A stretch of 64,000 nt of DNA from Chrysomallon squamiferum (lineage: Eukaryota; Animalia; Mollusca): positions 4,588,001 through 4,652,000 of the forward strand of contig CM022670.1 in the NCBI GenBank assembly GCA_012295275.1, given 5' to 3'. How positions within the stretch are numbered: the stretch's first letter is position 1; each line of letters opens with the position of its first letter. The notes under the pieces were generated by a model. The model was not told the DNA's origin. It worked only from the letters and a program-made list of their open reading frames with translations, and ran no database searches. Shown one piece after another: positions 57,123 to 64,000 of the stretch. The translations under genes were made by a program, and so were the position numbers.

Positions 57123-59167
57123 TTATTTATTCATGCATGCCTATGTAAATGCATGAATGTATATAATGTATACATACTTACGTAAATATATACATAGATA
57201 CATACACATATATACATATATGCATACACACATTTATACAAACAAAGAAACATATATACATACATATTACATGCATACATACATATATTCATACAAACAT
57301 ACATGGATGGATTCATACATACGCACACAGACACACCTAGATTTACAAAACGTTTATACATAATTATACAAACGCAGAGACACACACACACAGACACAGT
57401 CACACACATACACACACAGACATATACATACACCTAAAATCATATATACCTTTCCTCTTTCACGGTGTTCATTATTACCACCCCAGAGAACTGATGTCAG
57501 ACCGGTAATGTATGAAAATAAACCTTTGAAAACGTACACTGTATAACTCGACCTTTTTTCTTTCTTTCTTTTTTTTTTCAATACGCTACGCAGTTCTGTT
57601 AGCACACAACCAAATACACTACACTTCATATCGTTTTCGCTATTTTGAATAATGTGTTTAGTTATGGATAATGCATTGCTTTATCACACTTCAGCATTCC
57701 TTGTGGGTTTTTTCTACTTTCGGGGTTTTTTTGTTTGGTTTTTTTTTGTTGCGTTGACTTCAATTTCAAAAGGTGTAGATAGGATTTCTGAAAAAGAGCT
57801 TCTTGTGATATATGTAGTTTTAGTTAACTCAAACCATGCGTTTTGATTTTCTTTTTCTAAGAGGCAAGTCAAAAGTTAAAAAGAAATTCAGTGTACTTGA
57901 CATGATAAATAACATCTGATAGATAGAGATTAAAAAAAAATTATTTTCTGTTTAAATTTAAAAAAAAAAGTTTTCTGTTGATGATATGGGGATAAAGAAA
58001 AATGATTAATGTACAGGACTGAATTTAGATTATTTAAAATAAATGTTTCAATTTTTGTTGGGTTTTTTGTTGTCGTCTTTGATGTTGTTTATTTTTGTTT
58101 TCATTTTTGTCAGTTTATTTTCTTTCTTACTTATTTATTCATTTGTTTGTTTGTTTGTTTGGCTCTCTGTTTATTTATGTAATGTTATCATATTATCATT
58201 ATCATGATTATTATTATTATGGTTATTGTTGTTCTTATACTTGATGTCATTTTGTTTTAAACATACGAAAGAACCGAAATTAAATATCAGCTTCCATAAG
58301 TCACTGCAAATTTATATTACTGTCAAAATATATCTTATAAAAATAATTCACTTATAAATAAAAAAAAATATCATGAGAAAGCTTCACAAATTGTATTCAT
58401 GCAGTTTACTAACTCAGGCAATAAAATAAAACTAAATATACCAGTCACTTCAGTAACTGACACCTTATCTAACACGTCCAGTGTTGCAAAATTCGTGTCA
58501 TACTTTTTTGCGGCGTACACCTGGGTAGTTTAAATAAAACGAAAACCAGTGGGGGTTCCCTGTCAGTCTGAACTCTATTTCAGACACACCCGTAACCGCT
58601 GCTACCTGTAACAGGTAGATAATGTAAGCACTACAGAAGATATTTCTCTTTCTCAGATTAGTGTCAAAGCTACTGAAGTCACTCGTACTAATAACCTACA
58701 GCTTCTGATAATACTTTTATATAATTGTATACCTCATTAAAAACTGCCCACCCACTTTTTTTTATTTTTTTTTTTTTTTTTCTTTATTTCATGCTCCCTA
58801 GCTTGATTTTCTCGCGTCTTAAAGTCTCACTAATTAGAATATAATTATTGCTGAACTTACGGACGAGATTAACAACACCTGTTGGTTGCTTGCGACTCTT
58901 AAATCCGTTTAACTGGTTAATAAACTTAATTTCTAGACCTTATTCCCGTTAAGATCTTTGATTATGAGAAAATGCACCATGCTAGGCATACACACTTTAT
59001 GGCAGTTGGCATACTGGTATTTATAAATGTATAATAAAAAGCCGTTAAATGGTTTTTTTGTTGCGTAATAAATTTGATCTGCTCAAAATATCTAATAGTT
59101 TGTCTGGGTTACAGACAGATAGAGAGAGAAAATTAGACAGACAGTAATATTATCGCTAACTCTCGTA

Positions 59168-59278
<111 letters not shown>

Positions 59279-60138
59279 AATAACTAGTCATTTCTCTTTT
59301 TATCATTGCCCTTGAACATTTTCTGTAAACCGGAATCCCAGCTTATCTTAAATTTTTTTGTTCGCCTTTTTTACAGACGCGAACTAACAACCCATCCCTT
59401 CTTTATGACAAATACACTAGACAACCATCACACTTCGCAGGTGGGCATGTAAATTGTCCTGTTGATTACATCAGATCTATCACCAGGCGAGATAACTGCA
59501 TCTTCCAGTAAACAAAACTTATCTATCGCTAGCCCCAAACAAACAAGCCAATTAATCCCTCTTTGGGAAATTGGCCCATATCAATGGTTGTAATTCGGTC
59601 GTCCTACAGATAACGAGGAGGTGCATCGCTGGATCAAAGCGGCCCCACAATGGAATCATTTACACCTGTGATTAGTCTGTTTTCTCAGCTTATTGGAACT
59701 CAGGTAATTAGCTAGGGAATAAGACGTGACGGAGAAGAGTTCCTGTTACAGTGTCTGGCAGATTTGGTTCTGAACTAGCTGCTGAACTGGTGCAGAGATT
59801 TCAAGCGAAGTTTTAGAAGTTAGAATATTTTGAATAAAGCCTGCATCACTGTTGGAATTGGGGTATGTTATGATGTTATTACTGCAGAATTATACCATTT
59901 ATCATATAACAACAAATAATTTTTTTTTTTTTATACCTGAAACAAGTTAAATACGTTTTTATCTTATTCCAAAACTTGTTTTTAAGAAGTCATAAACAAT
60001 TTCAATTCTTTCTAATTCGTTGAAAGATTAATATAGAGACTTTCAGTTATGATTTCTTTTCTTTTCTTTTCTTTTCCCAATTTCTTTTAAACTTTATTTC
60101 AGATGTTTCATTTTTTATTTTTTATTTTTTTTTTTTTA

Positions 60139-60178
<40 letters not shown>

Positions 60179-61697
60179 TATTATTTCCGTTTATTATTTT
60201 TATTTCATTCATTTTTCCGTTTTTTTTATTTTTTTTTTTTTTTTTTTTTCTAACCGGCAAACCATTAACATCTAACACAAAAGTTTAGGTGTGGAGTGTT
60301 TGCACTGACTCAACCCGTGTTACAATATTATATTATTTGTACAAGCAAATCGCCCTGTTTGTGATTTACATTCAGTTCTGACTCACATAATCTAGGCTTT
60401 ATAACGTTCAGGGATTATCGAACTGAAGCGCAATGTTAATAAAAATGTCACCTGCTGCCGAGGTTATTCAATTCTGCGACCTGTTAAATTTATGGCATTT
60501 CTTTCTGAAATGCGGCAACTGTCTAAAAGCTCATAAAGGGTCGAGGGTGCCCCGTTCACAAAATCATTAGTGTACGTTTTGCGGTGTAGATTCAATTATA
60601 TGCCTACACAAAAAAAAATGATTTGTGCTCTGACCGTTATGAGACTGATACCAGATACAATAAATTATTATGTCAGTTAATGAAAATTCCTCAAGAGATT
60701 CCTTTTTTTTTTTTTTTTTTTTTTTTTTTGAGTTTTTTTGGAAGAGGTCGTTAATATTAATATATTTACGATAAATAGACGATAAATAGTTTAACTGTTT
60801 ATTTATTTATTTACTTATTTGCTTATTTGCTTACCTATTTATCTATCTATCTATCTGTTTGTCTGTCAATATATCTGTCTATCTATCTATATATCTATAT
60901 CTTATTTTATTTTATTATATTATTATTATTATTATCTTCGTCATCATCACCATTATCATCATAATCATCATTGTTGTTGTTATTGTTGTATATTTGTTTT
61001 TATTTTTTCTCTTTATTGTTCTTTTTGTCAATTTGTTCTTTTTGTTTTCAAAGAAATGAATCACTATGACTGTTGTTTTCATTCTTGTAACTAACATAAC
61101 TAGAAGTAACTTCACAGTTTGAAGATACCTATATAGTTTGATTCTAAAGTCATTCTTTGAAATACAATATAACAAAAATTTGCATCACACATTTGTTTTC
61201 TTTAAGTTACTGAATTTTGTCATTTTCAAAGGGAAACGTTAGTCTCTTTTGTTTTCTGAATTTTTGATACATAAGGTTTATATGTGTATATATATATATA
61301 TACGCATGAATGATACCAGTACCATTTCAAAATACGACGTAATACACTTTCAACTTCGTTAAATCTAGCTTTCTCTGAAAAGAAATAATTAAATCGTTAG
61401 CTTATAAATTTATAATTCAAAATTAATTTTAATGTCGTAATAGAAATTTACAAATTTATAATTGAAAATTAATTTTAAATAAATTTACAAATTTGAATTA
61501 TACTGACATATTAATATACCACTTAAACACTTTGCTTGTGTTATTTGTACTATACCCTTTTCATGATATATATTGTTGTATGTAATAAACTGAATTCCGA
61601 CATTCACAGAATTTTGTTTTATAAACCTCAACATTGCATGTAACTACCGTTTCAAACTGAACAGCGGGGTACAAGCCGCGCGTTCAACTTCTTATGC

Positions 61698-61783
61698 GCT
61701 AAATCTTTAAAACCGAACAGATTAAACATCAAACCTGCTAAATCTTTAAAACCGAACAGATTAAACATCAAACCTGCTAAATC
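61698..61783 (+). repeat. Perfect 39-bp tandem duplication (2 copies + 8 bp) abutting the promoter
   Basis: gctaaatctttaaaaccgaacagattaaacatcaaacct at 61698-61736 and 61737-61775, then gctaaatc. Confidence 0.95.
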
Positions 61784-61920
61784 CCCGCCTCAAGGAGATG
61801 CCTTTTGTGTATAATTGTTCCCCGACAGCCTGCCGGCGTTTCATTGGTGGCAGCGCGTTTCGGGGGCGGGGCTTAGATACCTGCGAACTTGAACTCTTCA
61901 TTACTCTCGCGTGGCCGCTG
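61784..61920 (+). promoter_or_regulatory. Core/proximal promoter of the downstream protocadherin
   Basis: CpG-rich patch with reverse CCAAT (ATTGG 61843-61847), perfect GC box GGGGCGGGGC (61863-61872) and Inr-like TCATT (61898-61902), about 150 bp upstream of the splice donor at 62051. Confidence 0.7.
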
Positions 61921-62050
61921 TGAATTGACAGTTGAGATAAATCTACGGTTGGGACTCGAGGAGGACAAATTTTATAGCTGAAACTACTGTCGGCGTGTTT
62001 GTGTGTGAATGTGAAGGGATAAAATACTAGTGTTTCTGTACAAATGAAAG
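61900..62050 (+). other. Putative non-coding first exon (5' UTR) of the downstream protocadherin; start approximate
   Basis: Runs from the Inr-like TCATT to the strong donor AAG|GTAAGA (62051). Matching acceptor is poly-T + gtttacag| at 62198. Confidence 0.6.
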
Positions 62051-62198
62051 GTAAGATTCGGATACGAGTTTTTATGTATTGTTTATTTATCAATTATTAT
62101 TCAAGGTAAAATTTGGTTATGAAATTAAGTCCTAGTTTTACAAGTATGAACTTGAATTATCGATTTTAAAATACGTTTTTTTTTTTTTTTGTTTACAG
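62051..62198 (+). other. 5' UTR intron (148 nt, GT-AG)
   Basis: GTAAGA...tttttttttttttttgtttacAG, ending 27 nt upstream of ATG 62226. A weaker alternative donor AAG|GTAAAA lies at 62106. Confidence 0.7.
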
Positions 62199-62225
62199 AA
62201 AGCATGATCTGATCGTTAACAAAAT

Positions 62226-64000
62226 ATGGATTCCCACGTAATTAAGATGCCGTGCAGATGTTGTGTGTTCATCATTCTGTTAAGTGTTGTCCACGAGTCA
62301 CTCAGCGCCGAGATGAAATATTCTTACAAAATACCAGAAGAAAGGGCTCCGCGTACTTACATAGGAAACATTCTGAACGACACGAACCTGAGGACAATGG
62401 TCAGCGAAGAGGACCACGTTAATCTCAGATACAGTTTTCTCACGCAGGACGATCCTCGCATCGCTCTGTTTGAGCTGAACGAGATGACGGGAGAGCTGAG
62501 GACGTCGTCGAGTCCAGACGAGGCGATGGACCGCGAGACGCTGTGTCCGTTCACCACGGACTGCTTCTTCTCTATCGAGGTGGCCATCAAGTCTACGATT
62601 GACCAGTTTTTCAGAACCGTCCAGCTGGACATCGTACTGCAAGACATTAACGACAACAGACCCACGTTTCCTAAAAACAAAACCGTCCTGGAAATATCTG
62701 AATCTGTTTCTGTCAACACACCTTTCCCCATCGTAGGCGCTCAAGACAGGGACGCGGGATTAAATAAACTTCAGAGATACAAGTTGCTACCCGAAACTGA
62801 CACTTTTCAAATAGAGTACACCACCAAAGTTGATGGCACTTCTGAAGTGAATCTGATAGTGAAAAAAGAACTGGATTATGAAAAACACACCCACTATGAT
62901 CTCAGACTCATAGCAGAAGACGGGGGTAACCCACCGCTGACTGGGGAGCTGAAGATTCGTATTCAAGTGGTGGATGTAAATGACAACAAACCGAAATTTT
63001 CTCCTGTTAACTACAACACGACAGTGGAGGAAAACGTGAAACGTGGAACGTCCATTCTCTCCGTCACAGCTACCGACGCTGACAGTGGTCGCAACGGGGA
63101 CATTGTTTTTAGACTCAGTCCGCACCAGTCACGGAAAAACCTGCAGTTGTTCTCCATTAACAGCACGACGGGGGTTCTGTCCGTGACAGGCGACCTCCAG
63201 AATGAAGAGGAAGAAAAATACGACATCATCGTGGAAGCCAGCGACAGAGGAGTGAAACAGTTCACTACGCAAACCGTGGTCACGGTGAAAGTTCTGGACA
63301 CGGTTAACAATCCACCGAGGATTAGAGTTAATTTATTGTCCAGCAGAAACGTTTCTCTCGTGTCCGAGTACGCCAACCTCGGGACGGTGGTAGCCCACAT
63401 AGCCGTCCACGACGCAGATCGTGGTCGAAACGGCATCGTCCGCTGTCAGCTGCTCACTCACAAGTATTTTGAGCTGCAAGGCTTTGACGTGAATGAATAC
63501 AAGGTTATTGTAGCAAGACTTCTAGATCGCGAACTGACGCCAGAACTTTCAGTGACTGTCACGTGTAAAGATGCTGCTGATCCTCCGCTAAGTGCCAATG
63601 CAAGTTTTAAAGTCCGAGTGATGGATGAAAATGACAATGCACCGTTTTTCTCTAAACCTTTCTACACTACCTCCATTTACGAAAACAATAAAATTGGTGA
63701 TACACTCTATAAGGTGACTGCAAATGACGCTGATGAAGGTAAAAATAAAAATATTACATATTCGTTGGTGTCCAATACAGGAAATAAATTCTTTATATTG
63801 CCCAGAGATGGAACAATTATTGCAAATCATGTGTTAGATTTTGAAACAACAAAAACGTGGAATTTAACGGTGAAGGCTACTGATGGGGGAAATCCACCAA
63901 GATCGACAACTGCATCTGTAATTATAAAGGTGAAGGACAAAAACGACCAGAGACCACAGTTTACTCGTCCAGTGTTTTTATTCAGCGTTTCGGAAACAGC
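62226..64000 (+). CDS. PCDH: Protocadherin, large first coding exon (signal peptide, EC1-EC5, start of EC6); 3'-truncated by window end
   Basis: Manual translation from ATG 62226 is open to the window end (~591 codons): MDSHVIKMPCRCCVFIILLSVVHESLSAEMKYSYKIPEE... Cadherin motifs: PEE, DRE, DINDNRP (62643-62663), AQDRD, LDYE, AEDGG, DVNDNKP (62973-62993), ATDADSGRNG, LDRE, DENDNAP (63624-63644), LDFE, ATDGG, DKNDQRP (63936-63956). EC1 has the protocadherin-type C-x5-C loop CPFTTDC (62544-62564), and there is no prodomain. Symbol is family-level only. Confidence 0.97.
   Translation, partial: MDSHVIKMPCRCCVFIILLSVVHESLSAEMKYSYKIPEERAPRTYIGNILNDTNLRTMVSEEDHVNLRYSFLTQDDPRIALFELNEMTGELRTSSSPDEAMDRETLCPFTTDCFFSIEVAIKSTIDQFFRTVQLDIVLQDINDNRPTFPKNKTVLEISESVSVNTPFPIVGAQDRDAGLNKLQRYKLLPETDTFQIEYTTKVDGTSEVNLIVKKELDYEKHTHYDLRLIAEDGGNPPLTGELKIRIQVVDVNDNKPKFSPVNYNTTVEENVKRGTSILSVTATDADSGRNGDIVFRLSPHQSRKNLQLFSINSTTGVLSVTGDLQNEEEEKYDIIVEASDRGVKQFTTQTVVTVKVLDTVNNPPRIRVNLLSSRNVSLVSEYANLGTVVAHIAVHDADRGRNGIVRCQLLTHKYFELQGFDVNEYKVIVARLLDRELTPELSVTVTCKDAADPPLSANASFKVRVMDENDNAPFFSKPFYTTSIYENNKIGDTLYKVTANDADEGKNKNITYSLVSNTGNKFFILPRDGTIIANHVLDFETTKTWNLTVKATDGGNPPRSTTASVIIKVKDKNDQRPQFTRPVFLFSVSET

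Noticed and set aside
62298-63830. Minus-strand ORFs of 80-148 aa over the protocadherin exon
   Set aside because: Antisense shadows of the real + strand CDS.

Overview
Very AT-rich, microsatellite-dense eukaryotic DNA. The protein motifs and repeat landscape suggest a mollusc, most likely a coleoid cephalopod (inference). The window spans the gap between two head-to-tail protocadherin genes on the + strand. (1) The 3' end of an upstream protocadherin: phase-compatible cytoplasmic-tail exons at 13029-13152 and 14377-14924 (DSGRGGSDED, KRVTF and DDDDNTTTSGSY motifs), probably preceded by a 13-nt microexon at 9073-9085. (2) The 5' end of a downstream protocadherin: GC-box/CCAAT promoter (~61780-61920), short non-coding first exon, 148-nt intron, and a large exon from ATG 62226 encoding a signal peptide, EC1-EC5 and the start of EC6. 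This ORF runs off the window and is absent from the ORF track. The ~47 kb between the genes has no recognisable coding sequence; it alternates simple repeats with short complex islands carrying candidate RFX X-box, ZEB/Snail-type E-box and CRE-like motifs. Best leads: the microexon, complementary (AAT)n/(ATT)n tracts at the two ends of the last intron, a splice-junction-spanning uORF, a degenerate Ca2+ linker at EC3-EC4, and a repeat array seeded from the stop-codon region. Nearly all other ORF-track entries are microsatellite artefacts.
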